A stretch of DNA of 64,000 bases from the NCBI GenBank assembly GCA_012295275.1, contig CM022675.1, forward strand, positions 16,058,001 through 16,122,000, written 5' to 3'. The notes beneath the pieces were generated by a model. That model saw only the letters and a list, made by a program, of their open reading frames with translations, was not told the origin of the DNA and searched no databases. Position numbers and translations under genes: made by a program. This DNA comes from Chrysomallon squamiferum. Its lineage: Eukaryota > Animalia > Mollusca. Shown piece by piece: positions 47,723-59,768 of the stretch (position 1 is the stretch's first letter; every line of letters begins with the position of its first letter).

Positions 47723-48582
47723 TTTTGAAAAATCGGTTATTAGCTTGTTGTGTCCTAATTTTCGGTTTGGCAAATAGTTGTTACAGGCATTTTATTTGTC
47801 TGGTTTCAGAATTTTATTTGCTTTTGAAATTTATTTAGTGGCCAGAATAATTTTTATTTGACTTGGAGTAAAGATGTCAAAACAGGGCCAAATTCAGTCC
47901 TTCCCCTGTGAAAAAATAAAAACACAAGATTCGATCAATATGAAGCAAATACGTTTATAATAAACATTTCAAAAACAAGATACTGAATACAGCTACCATA
48001 TTTCCTCGTGTACTGGTAATATTTTGTACTTACATTCAGAATATAAAGTGGGGATGCATTTTACCAGTTTAATTCTTCCAGTTAACACAATCTACTCAAC
48101 TTTGTGTATATACTTCAAACGTGTTCCAAAGCTGTTTTACTAATTTGATTTTGTTAATACATGAACTGCGGTATGACGATTTGCTTTATCACTCCATCGT
48201 CAGCATGATCCTAATTAATTAATTAATTTATTATTATTATTAATAGCTTTTAAGGCAGTACTATTTATATACGACTGGAAACGGTAATTCATAATATTAC
48301 ATCAGGATGTTTTTTTTTGTTGTTTATCTATTATACCAGGTGTCTTTTACATACACACAAACAGACAGACACACACACACATACACACACAGACACACCC
48401 ATACACCCACACACCAAGTGTTTCGACCAACTAGTCAGATGTTGATTTGAAATGAAGTCGGACGCGCATATATATAACAGCCGTAATAATGTGTGTATCG
48501 TACTGTTGTATATAATCATGTTATCTCAGTCTTTGTAGACGTAAAATAAAGGAGTTTAAAAAGTTTCCTTTTCTTCAACAGA

Positions 48583-48909
48583 AGACAAACTTCGTCTTAA
48601 CGAACTTCGTAAGTTTCCAATTTTTTTATGATACCAGATTACCACAACAGAGCGGGTATGAAATTGCAAGTCGTAAAAAAAAACAAAAAAAAAAACAAAA
48701 CAAAAAAAACAATTCGTATAGTTCGTATAGTCGAACAGTCGTAAATCATATAGTTCCTATAGTCGAACAGTCGTAAATCATAGATTTCGTATAGTCGAAC
48801 AGTCGTAAATTGTAAATCATAGAGTTCGTATAGTCGAACAGTCGTAAATCATATAGTTCGTAAAGTCGAACAATCGTAAGTCGCACAGGTCGTAAGTCGA
48901 CAGCCTCTG
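48583..48909. mobile_element. Degenerate Tigger-like MITE candidate with internal ~32-bp repeats
   Basis: Right end tcgtaagtcgacagcctctg (reverse complement CAGAGGCTGTCGACTTACGA) resembles pogo/Tigger TIRs; the left end gacaaacttcgtcttaacgaac is a weak match. About 5 copies of ttcgtatagtcgaacagtcgtaaatcata lie at 48712-48880. Confidence 0.4.
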
Positions 48910-49467
48910 GACTTCGCAGTAGCCGCCGCCGATATACTGGACTGTTTCAAACAAAACGTACCTTAAACTCAGCTTAACGTCAAATCTGTGCTGAAGACTT
49001 TTTTCATTGACCTTTCTCCCTCAACACCAGGTTATTTCCTACAAGTAACAGAAAATATTTTAAAACCAATCGTATATAAAATATTTTAATCTATCCTAGA
49101 ATACTTTGTAAAAATAAATAAAGATTCTGCTCGTTTTCTTATAAACAAAAAGTCTGCAAACTGGGATGTGAACACAATGTAAATTTTGATATAACAATAG
49201 GATGGAATGGAGAGTGAGTGCACACGCACGAGTATGTGCGCACAGATGTATACGTGAATCTGTAAGCAATTGTACAAATAACATCTACTGTTGGCCTATT
49301 GCAATTAATCATTCATAATAATGAAGTACATTGAATATCTGACTAATCTGGCACGTTCTTTCTTTCTTCGTCTTCTTCTTATTACTATTACTATTATTAT
49401 TATTACATTATTATTATTATATATGAATTGTTATCATCATCATCATAATCATTTTGTTTTGTTTTGT

Positions 49468-49498
<31 letters not shown>

Positions 49499-50435
49499 TA
49501 AGTGGTTATAAAAACAAAATACAGTATCTGCACTACCTATTATCTGGTAAAATATTAAGGTTTTTCTGGTTTGCATTCACTAACATTCCAGTGTATGTCT
49601 TCCAGATGACAAAAAGAAGAAAACGGTACCAGAACTTACTCTATGTATGCTGGGTGTGTGGGTTTGGGCGTGAGCATCCGCCCACATGCAGACGTGCAAG
49701 AGAGAGTCTAGAAATGTAAATAAACTGTTTACAAATTATATTCTATTCCGATTCTTTACAATGAAATAAATTTGTATATTACAAAGAAGACTAAAAGAAA
49801 TCAAAATACTGTTGACACAAAATAGTACAGAAACCAATTTTCTGCTTGGTGGATGCAGCAGTGGTAAATTTGGATAACGCATATGTAAGCAATGGTCCGT
49901 AGAGCTAAGAATCTTTAACCTACAACGTGTATTGGGCATTTCTCCAAAAACACATATCCTCGCTCTGTACGTTTCACATGCAAGATGAAAATATTTATAG
50001 ATAATTTACTGGCGATTGTTAAAATGGTTACCAGCCGTCGTTCAGTCGGCGATGATGTACAGCGGAGATATCACTGATTTACTGGCTTTCACATTTACGT
50101 GTATGTAAGAAACGTTAACACGTGTGTAATAGTATTTAAAACTTCAGTGTTTATGAGTAGTCGTGCATTACTGCTGTGATATCACACAGGGTTAATTAAT
50201 GTCAATTCCACACTTTAAAGTATTTAATTTATGGGGGGGGCCCAGAGACGTTTACGCGATTCTTAAATAATTTACTACCTTATGTCCAGCATTTATTTGG
50301 ATTTTTTTATATATTATTTTTTGTTTACTTGAGTACTGTGGTTTCGGCCATAAACAAAAAACGACACCTTTTTACGTGAGCATGAATGAATGAGTGTACG
50401 TGATGTATATGTATTTATATGTATATCTGTGCATG

Positions 50436-50488
<53 letters not shown>

Positions 50489-50891
50489 TTATGTGTTAAG
50501 GTGTGAATATATGTAGGTATAAGTGTGTATTTCTGTGTATGTATTTGTATGTAGTGTACGTACGTATATGTATGTAAAATACATAAATAATACAGGTGCG
50601 TGTGTCTACAGTGAATTAATCAAATTTCTAGGTTTCAAGTCATTCTTAACTGAAAATAAATTATAGGACTGTCTTGCATCTTTAATATTATCTGTTCTTA
50701 TTTAATAAACGTAAAAGGGAATATTATTGTTTTAGAAGTAACGATGTTGTTGTGCAGGTTAATCAACTAACTGCATTAATAAAACATGCACAAGTTCTAC
50801 CGTGATTATAAAACTGAAACAGTGATTTTGAAAAATGGTGAGTTGTTTATAATTAGTAATTACGTAAAAAGAAACAAACAACAACAACAAA

Positions 50892-50946
<55 letters not shown>

Positions 50947-51645
50947 GAAAAGAAAAAACACACACACACACACACACACACAAATGTATTAAAATAAACA
51001 AACGAACAAAATATAATCATGAGTTCCATAGTAAGGATTCAGTTTATTTTCGGCGAACAAGACAAAGAAACGAAAAGAGATGAAAAAAGATGAAAGTGAA
51101 AAAGGTATCAGATATCAGGTAGTTTCATCATAAACACATACATCATTATCTATGCGCGCAGACGCATGAATCATATACACCATAACAAACACTTCGTTTT
51201 CCTTGCTTTTCGCGAACGAATCGAGCAAACTACGATGCAACATTTTTGTCATGCGGCAGTTCTTACTTGGAAAAGACAAATTACATACCTCACACACGAC
51301 ATCAACAGTTTATCCTGTGTTGGAACTGTTGCGATTATTTTGTTGAAAACAATAGTTTGATAACTCACCATTTTGCGAAAGTTTCCCGTCTAGAATTTGG
51401 CCCTGTTCTGCTATTAACGGTAAATGTCATCCGACTCGCTGGAAACTTTGAGAAGCACGTCGCTATTTTTAGAGCTCTGCTCTCGCTGCCAGTTTCAGAA
51501 CAGAACAGGGAAGAACAGTTACAGGAAGCCAGCCGTATCAGTTACCTCAGCAGACACGCAGGTGTGTGTGTGTGCGTGCTGTGAATGTAAAACTTTCTCA
51601 CATTTGATGAGTATCACCTGCCTCGTCTGCTTAATGTGTAGTTAC

Positions 51646-51681
<36 letters not shown>

Positions 51682-52294
51682 TATTATTATTATCTATCTT
51701 TTCTTGTGTTTTCTTCTTCTTTCTTTATTTATACATTTATTATCAGATTATTTATTACAGATACATAAATATATTAACGTTTTTGATCTAAAGATCTTCT
51801 ATTCTCTTGCCTGTGGTTTGTTTATATATATGTGTGTGTGTGTGGGTGTGTGTGTGTGTGTGTGTGTTTGTATGTATGAATGTATATTTCTTATCTATTT
51901 TCACACATATGCATACATACATATATGTATAACACAACAAGACCATCTCAAAGTCATTTTTTAATCTCTTATATTTATACATGTATATAATATATATATG
52001 TAATATTGCCAGAATTCAGGAATCAAAATAAAACTTTACACTTAAAATGCATCATGTATATTAACATAAATATTTATGCTAAAAATAATAATAACAGTAA
52101 TACCCCCCCCCAAAAAAAAATTAATAATTAATATAAAAATTATAAACCAAGAATTTAAAATATAATTATAAAAACAAAATGAAAACTAATGAGTAAAAAA
52201 TTCTTTATATAATAATTATTAGTTTAGACATGTAAAGTTTCTTGGATATACATTAAACTTCTGTTATTAAAATAATAATAATAATAATATTAAT

Positions 52295-52332
<38 letters not shown>

Positions 52333-52598
52333 TCTGTTCTTTTAAATATTAAATGAATAACAATAGTTTAACACTGGTGTATATGAGAATTCATCTCCGT
52401 ATTTACAAAATGGCTTATCACACTGCCAAAGTAGTTTGTTTATCACATTCAAGCAGAACACTCCATAAAAATCAACTTTAGATGATAAAATATAACAATG
52501 CATTAATCAGCTGTTTAAAAAGATAATATAAAAATATATTTGATATGTGATTGTTTGAGAATCTTGTTTTCAGTATATGTTATTGTTTTCCAGTTATA

Positions 52599-55500
52599 TC
52601 AATGAACATTTTTGGTTTTCAAAAGTTTCAGTTCACTTCTTGAGTGTCCGTCAGGAACTGGAAAATCAAAAACAATCGGAGGATTTACACATTTGTAATG
52701 CACATCACAGTTTGCAGCATTGATGAAGAGGGTATGTCCATCAGATGTTAGTCCATAACCTGAAAGTCAAATACAAAATATGTTACAATGTATGTCTGTG
52801 TCTATCTGTGTGTGCATAGAAAAAATACACATTTTATTACATAACAAAAATTTAACATTTACAAAAATAACACACACACACACACACTCAGAGACATGCA
52901 CAAACACACACATATACATATGTAGTCAATTACAGGTACAGACGCTCACAAACATACGCAAAATACATACATACTCAAAAGCATGCACATACATCCACAG
53001 TGAGAGATATGCACCCAAATACTAACACAGAAGCATACATTTTACACATATAAATAAATCCATACACACTACAATATATACATACACATACATATATGTA
53101 TCTAAATACATCCACAGAAGCATGCATGCTACATTTGCAACTGAAATGATTATAAAAAGTCAGTATTTACAAATATAGATAATAGAACAATATATTTGTT
53201 ATATTTTCATTAAACCTAAGGAAACAATTCAAAACATCCAAACATTAACCTCTTCAGTACCAAAAAGAATGCTGCTATGTAATGATAAAACTTTGATTTA
53301 TGCAGAAACAAATAAAATTTGGTCATCTTACAGAGAATCTATTAAAACTTAAAGTATTTTGACTACTTTAGATAAAGAAAAGAAAAAACTGAATTTTTTG
53401 GCTGTGAAAGGTGCCCAAGAGATTGACGCTGACAAACAAGATAGCAGAAACTGGCTGACCTTCATGAATGTGTCCAAAGAGGTGAAACTGAGGCTTGACT
53501 CTCTGCTGTACAGTGTTCAGTAAATCAACACACCCAGCTCTAAATCCCGATATAGAAAGATCTTGACGTCCTACAAACAAACCTACAGTCTGCATCAAAG
53601 AATATCATGATCTACAGATTAACAATCTACAACAAAGAAAAACATGATCTACCGATTAACAATCTACATCAAAGAATATCATGATCTACAGATTAAAAAT
53701 GTTCATCAAAGACTTACTGGTGTGAGATGAAAATGGAATTTTTTGGAAGATATATCAAGTTGTGAAGGACAAAGCATGTGTGTGTGTATGTGTGTGTGTG
53801 TGTGTGTGGTTGTGAGTGTGTGTGTGTGTGTGAGTGTGTGTGTGTGTGTATGTGTGTGTGTGTATGTATGTGTGTGCATTTGTTGGTCAGTGTTTCTGAA
53901 TCAAAAGATGGGAAACAAATAAAAGTAAAATAAAATTAAATTAAATCAAATCAAATTAAATTAAATTAAATACATAGCAAGCAGGATGACCTACCAAGGG
54001 GAGGTGTGTGTGTTATTAAAATATCTGTGTCCTCAGGGATTTTATTCCATTTGTCAAGGAGAGGCTGACCACGATCAACATTAAAACCCATACAACAGAA
54101 TTGAGGAACCCTGTAATATAAATTAGACAAACAATTAACATATGTTAGATAAACTATTTACCAACTGATAATTTGTATAATACAATAAACATTATATTAA
54201 AGTTTGATAATATATAACATACTTCATAATATACATTATATAATGTTTCATAATATATATATTTATTTATATTAAAATAACTTACCAAGTATAAATCTGA
54301 TTTTATATTAAAATAACTTACTAAGTAAAAATCTGAATTAATATTAAAATAACTTACCAAGTAAAATTCATGATTTATATTAAAATAACTTAAAAGTAAA
54401 AATCTTAATTTATATTAAAACAACTTACCAAGGTGATCCATAAATCTTGATACCACAAAGTTCTACAGAGGAATCTTCAAGATACACACAGTTTGTTAAA
54501 AGTTCTTTCATCGATTTGAGATTTCTTGTAGATAAATATGCGAGAACGTGTCTAGAAGTTTCTTTATTATTATCAAATGTTATGTCATGGTTCCCTGCAA
54601 TTACAATCTTAACTGGATGAGGTAAATGTCCTGAAATAATAAAAATAGAATAAAAATTAAAAAAAAAAAAATAATAATTTGATAGAACTTTACCTTCACT
54701 TGTCAAATAATAAGCATGATAATAACCACTGAAGTCAAAAACAAACTAAATGAGTTCATGCAGACACACACACACAGACACACACACACACACACACATA
54801 CACGCACACACATAAAAACAAACTACACAGTCAGTCATACAAACATGTATTCATTCTAGAGTATTAATTAGTACACAAACATCAATACTAAAACAGTTTT
54901 TACAGTTATGTTATCCAATGACTAGGAAGGTAAGAATATTTATTTTCAGATCAACTACTGATCTATTAAACCTGAACAAAAATGAAAAATTTATATGAAT
55001 CATTATTTTAAAACATCAAAGGCATATTTTAAGTATTTATCAAATTGATACATCACATTTGTATTTGCAATACACATACACTGACAGTTTTATTTTTATA
55101 AGAATCATTTATATTAACAAAATATATTAATTAAATAAATAATTATCTAAGTATAAATATTTACCTATATATTGGATTAAAAATTATTTTGAATTTGGAT
55201 AAATAAATACCTAAGTATTGATTAATTCTTGACTTAATAATTCTCGAAATAATACATTTAAATTTAGATAATATAAATACATAAATTCTTATTAAATAAT
55301 AAACTAAATATTGATAAAATAATCATCTAAATGATGAAATAATGATCTGAATGATTAAAAAAATACCTAAATGTTGATTAAATGAATCCACTTTTTCAGG
55401 GTGACCATTAACTGTAAAATCACCAGCGTGTAACAAAACATCTCCATTTGGAATTTTGAGTGTTTTATCTTTGTGTGTGTGTCGGAGATACAGACAAAAC

Positions 55501-56597
55501 GAATGTTGTTGTCAGATATTGCAGTTTGTGGATCCATTGCTTCAACTGGGCAGACATTCTGACTGCCATATATTTCTTCATAGGCTCTTAATGGATCTTT
55601 TGACAGTGGGCTGACAACCATACCATTTTGAACATCTGATGTCATTTCTGTCCTGTGATTTTTACCTGAAATAATATAAAATTCAATTTACAAGAGTTAA
55701 TGTATCTTAAATTCATTTATTTGTTTAGAAAAGAAAGTTCAATGAATGTATTTTTTGTTACAAAATCTAGATATATTTGAAAACAAAGGTTATCATGAAG
55801 AAGGTAAAAAAAACAAACATATATATATATATATATATATAGATATAGATATAGACATAGACATATAAATATAAGTAAAAATAAATAAATAAATAAATAT
55901 TTTTTTGTTATATACATAATCATATTAGTTTAGAATTAATTATTATTTATATGTTAAAAAAGAATAGATTGGACTGTTATAAAAATCTCTTTGTTGGAAA
56001 CATTTTAAAAACATGTTGAGAAATATATATTTAAATTATAATTCCTAATTAATTTATATGATCTGAACAAAGCCATTTAAAATATAAAATATTTAATATT
56101 AAAACAGAGGATTCAAACTTACATGATATGAACAAAACCAGTACAAAAAACTACAACAGTGACACAATAGTTAACAAAAACCATTACCTACTTGGAGAAA
56201 AAACTTTCAGAAATGAAAATGTTTGAGAAAATTTAACTATTTATAAGGAAATTATTTCAGCAAGAAAATATGTAAACATTGTTTTTTTTTTCAACCAATC
56301 TAATAAAATGTGAATTATCTTCATAAATAGACTGAAAGAATGCAAATATCAACAGATAATCTTTTTAAGACTGTATTTGAGTTTATTATTTTAATACATT
56401 TCTGTTACTGAGTTAACAGCAGGAAATTTGAAACCACCTGCCTTCTGGAAAGGTAAATAAAAAGTATTAACAACAAGCATATACTACTATTAATAAATAA
56501 ATAATAAATTCAGCCTGAAAACTTGAATATATCGTTTTAATAAATCAATTGTTTAATTTATTTATTTATCTATTTATTTATTTATTTATTTATCTAC

Positions 56598-56648
<51 letters not shown>

Positions 56649-57046
56649 CAGTTTATAGTGGTGTATACAAATGAAGAACTAAAAGCAAAAATATACATGT
56701 TTAAAAATATATTATTTATCTTTTATTTGTCTAATAATATCCATATAATAATGATATATAAATTGTGTGAGAAAGAATATTTTTAATAAAATACATATTT
56801 GATTTCAGATTTTTAATAAATGATTATAACGTAGTTTTATAACTTTTATAATAATTTCATTTAAAAGATTCAGTTAATAATGATGATGATGTAAATTGAA
56901 ACTACCTTGTAATAATTATATTTATGATAATTTTTGCTGTAAATAGTAGTTACTAGATTCTCGTTTGTTTGACTCACTTACATACGTCCATAGTTCATCT
57001 CTAATTCCATTAAATTTTGAATCGACGATTTTAAATTAATCGCCAT
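52599..57046 (-). CDS. Metallophosphoesterase MPPED1/MPPED2-like, with an apparent frameshift in the 55367-55665 exon
   Basis: Exons 56986-57046 (tentative; alternative ATG at 55645), 55367-55665, 54429-54630, 53995-54110, 53460-53570, 52599-52759. Motifs RFVCISDTH, DVLLHAGDFT (shifted frame), IAGNHD, YGSPW, DILITHTPPLG, GCVDLL..VQQRVKP, HLFGHIHEGYG, FINAA, NPPIVFD. Confidence 0.88.
53580..53710. repeat. ~37-bp repeat (3-4 copies) next to the MPPED acceptor at 53571/53570
   Basis: catcaaagaatatcatgatctacagattaacaatcta units. Confidence 0.7.
54263..54432. repeat. ~36-bp minisatellite (~5 copies) copying the MPPED donor at 54429/54428
   Basis: Unit tttatattaaaataacttaccaagtaaaaatctga; the minus strand reads CTTG|GTAAGTT. 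Confidence 0.85.
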
Positions 57047-57644
57047 CGCCTTTTCAGCTTAATAAAATTAATAAAACCCAGAGTCCAAATTTAAGTTGTA
57101 TAAACTGTTTTCACCTATATATAGTATATTTCACTTCCTGAATGTGTTTATTTATATATTTTTTCTTCTTCTTTCTTAACACCAGTAAATCCTCCTCTCG
57201 CAACATCATGAACATGCATGTTAAAGTTCATGTTAAAAAGAATGTTTAACTCCTCGATCGATATTTTATTCTAAGAGTTGTCGGACATGTTATAACTTGT
57301 TTGTTAATAATAATAGTACTAATTAGTATTAGTCTAACCGCTTTTTGACTGCATTATTTTTTACTGCGTCAAATCCAAGATGCTAGAGGAATTTGATAAA
57401 CCTCATAACTGATATCAACATAGAAATAAAATAATACAAAATGACAATAAAGATAAATAATCCTTTAACTGGGAAGATGATGTGAAAGTGTGTCTTTATC
57501 TAACGCAAATAAAGATATTGTTTTTTGTTGGACATCCAGCTATGGTGACGTTCATTTATACTGAAGAAGGATCAGTTGATCTGGGTCAGTATACTCTGAC
57601 AGTATGTCACCTTTTGGTGGAGTGTTTTAATTAATGTTTGAATA

Positions 57645-57678
<34 letters not shown>

Positions 57679-57694
57679 TAATCATCATTTTGTT

Positions 57695-57754
57695 GTATCT
57701 ACCTTTGGTTTGACACAATAGTCGAGTTGGGGTGTCATTAAACTCATTCATTCA
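57695..57754 (+). mobile_element. SINE 3' tail fragment
   Basis: gtttgacacaatagtcga...ggggtgtcattaaactcattcattca, ending in (ATTC)n. Resembles the tail of tRNA-SINEs seen in mollusc genomes (from memory). Confidence 0.4.
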
Positions 57755-59768
57755 AAATTAATAAACAAAACAACAACAACAACAAAAAAAGCGGATTACC
57801 AGAGATGAAAAAAAAAAAAAAAATAATAATAATAATAATTACTGTTGCATTAGATGATTTGTGATTTTATGTAATTATTTTCGCAGTGGAGGCAAAGGAA
57901 CAAATAAAAGTATATATATAATAGAAATAATAAGAAACTTAGAAACGTTTTGCCAAACGTTTATATCGATAAACTAATAAAGGTTTTAGCAGTATTATTA
58001 TTATTGTTGTTGTTGTTTTGTTGTTGTTGTTGGTGTTTGTTGTTGTTGTTATTATTATTATCATTATTTCCATATTAATTTGTCTTTACCGAAGATCTTT
58101 GATATAAAAATTTAAAAATTAAATTATAAATACTTCACAAAATAAAGTTATCGACATCGACTATAAAACTCAAATAAATAAAAAAATAAATAAATAAAAA
58201 AATAACAGAAACTACAACAGAAGAACGAAAAAAAGAGGCTAATCAATCGAGACCAAAAACGTACAAAATGCGCAAGTCTCGATTATCGGCATTCTTAGAG
58301 GAAGTTGACATTGTTTCTATGTGATTGGAACAGGCGATTTCTTACTGCAGTTATTACCCTTAGGTGAGTATTCACTTGGAATGTTTTCATAGTTATAATA
58401 ACATCTAATTAACAAACGTATGATTTAGAATTAAAGAATTAATTTAAGACTATAAAATCAAGATGGTGCCATAGAGAAATGCAAGTAATTAATGATTAAA
58501 ATCGGCGTGGAGTGGAGCCATGAGACGTCAGTACAGTAGACTGAGTAGTATCGGAATATGAACAGAAATGTCATCTTTTAAGAGAAATGAAAATGATGAT
58601 GTATTGTAGACGTTCTCTCATTGAATTATTGATATTTTATTGATGCATTTTTATAGTTGATTTTTCAGTTAGATTAAATCAAAGTTATCGCTTTTGACAC
58701 CTGACGTTGTAATCGTACAAAACATTCCCAGTGTGGAGCACGCTTCACAACTGCTAGCTCTGATTAGCACGTTATTATTTTTTTTTTTTTTTCAGTCAGT
58801 TAGTCGTTCTTTGGTTAGAACACTCATCTGAGATTGGTAAATATGGATTAATGGGTTATTGGTTTTATGATAATTTTTTATCCTCACTGCTCAGTTTCAT
58901 ATTTCTGTCAATGCTGCACAAATGGATTACAGGTACTGATGAGGGTAGTCCAAGCACAAAGTGTTAGAGTGTCATTCCTATCATAATTTTGCAAGAGAAA
59001 CCTATTAATATTTACACAATAAATTGTTTGCAAACAGCATTCAGCAACCATTCATTTGTTTAATCATTCAAACAGTTTATGAGATCAGATTAAATACTGG
59101 TGTCAGATTTACACAACTCTTCATTACAAAATCAGATTTAAAAATAAATAAATAAATATATATTTTTGTTTTCATAATATAAACTTGCCTTCAAGAATCA
59201 AAATTTTATGGTTTTATTAGGAAACAAAGTAGCTAAAAGAAGATTTTACTGTTTTATTTTATTCAGTACTATTTAAAGTATTTTGGGTAATAAAAAACTA
59301 AAAAATAAGAAAACCCCCAACAGCTGCTGTTACTACCACCATTGTTACAAATAACTTATTCACTGCTAATGTGCTATGAACTACAGTTTTTATATAAAGG
59401 GTATACATTATCAATGCAAGATGCATTTTCTTTTTTAATAGTTAAACTTTTTATTATAAGTCATACTATAGGTAATTATATATTTTAGTTACATACAAAT
59501 GAAGATTAAGCTTGATACTGAAGAAGGAAAAGTTTGTACTTTGACAGTTATGTGTTAAATGGGAGCTTATAATATTAAACCTGGAGTGTGTTTCAGAAAT
59601 ATTAAGCTATTGATATAAAATGTTCTAACACCTAGATACATTTGAATCATGTTTGAATTTCTGAAAATCTCTGTCTCCTATTAATGTATGTATATGTGTA
59701 TATATAATATATCTATACTTTTTTATTTATATATATTTTGTTGACAGGCACTTGTCCAACATGCACAG

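Noticed and set aside
47723-47773. N-terminal extension MPNRKLGH... of the 1334-aa ORF
   Set aside because: The track's start codon is TTG. The first ATG, in good context, is at 47722.
43886-47838. Plus-strand and alternate-frame ORFs overlapping the large ORF
   Set aside because: Antisense or frame shadows of a long coding sequence, with no independent motifs.
55458-55483. Programmed -1 ribosomal frameshift in the MPPED-like gene
   Set aside because: No canonical slippery heptamer or evident stimulatory structure; an indel in a simple repeat is far more parsimonious.
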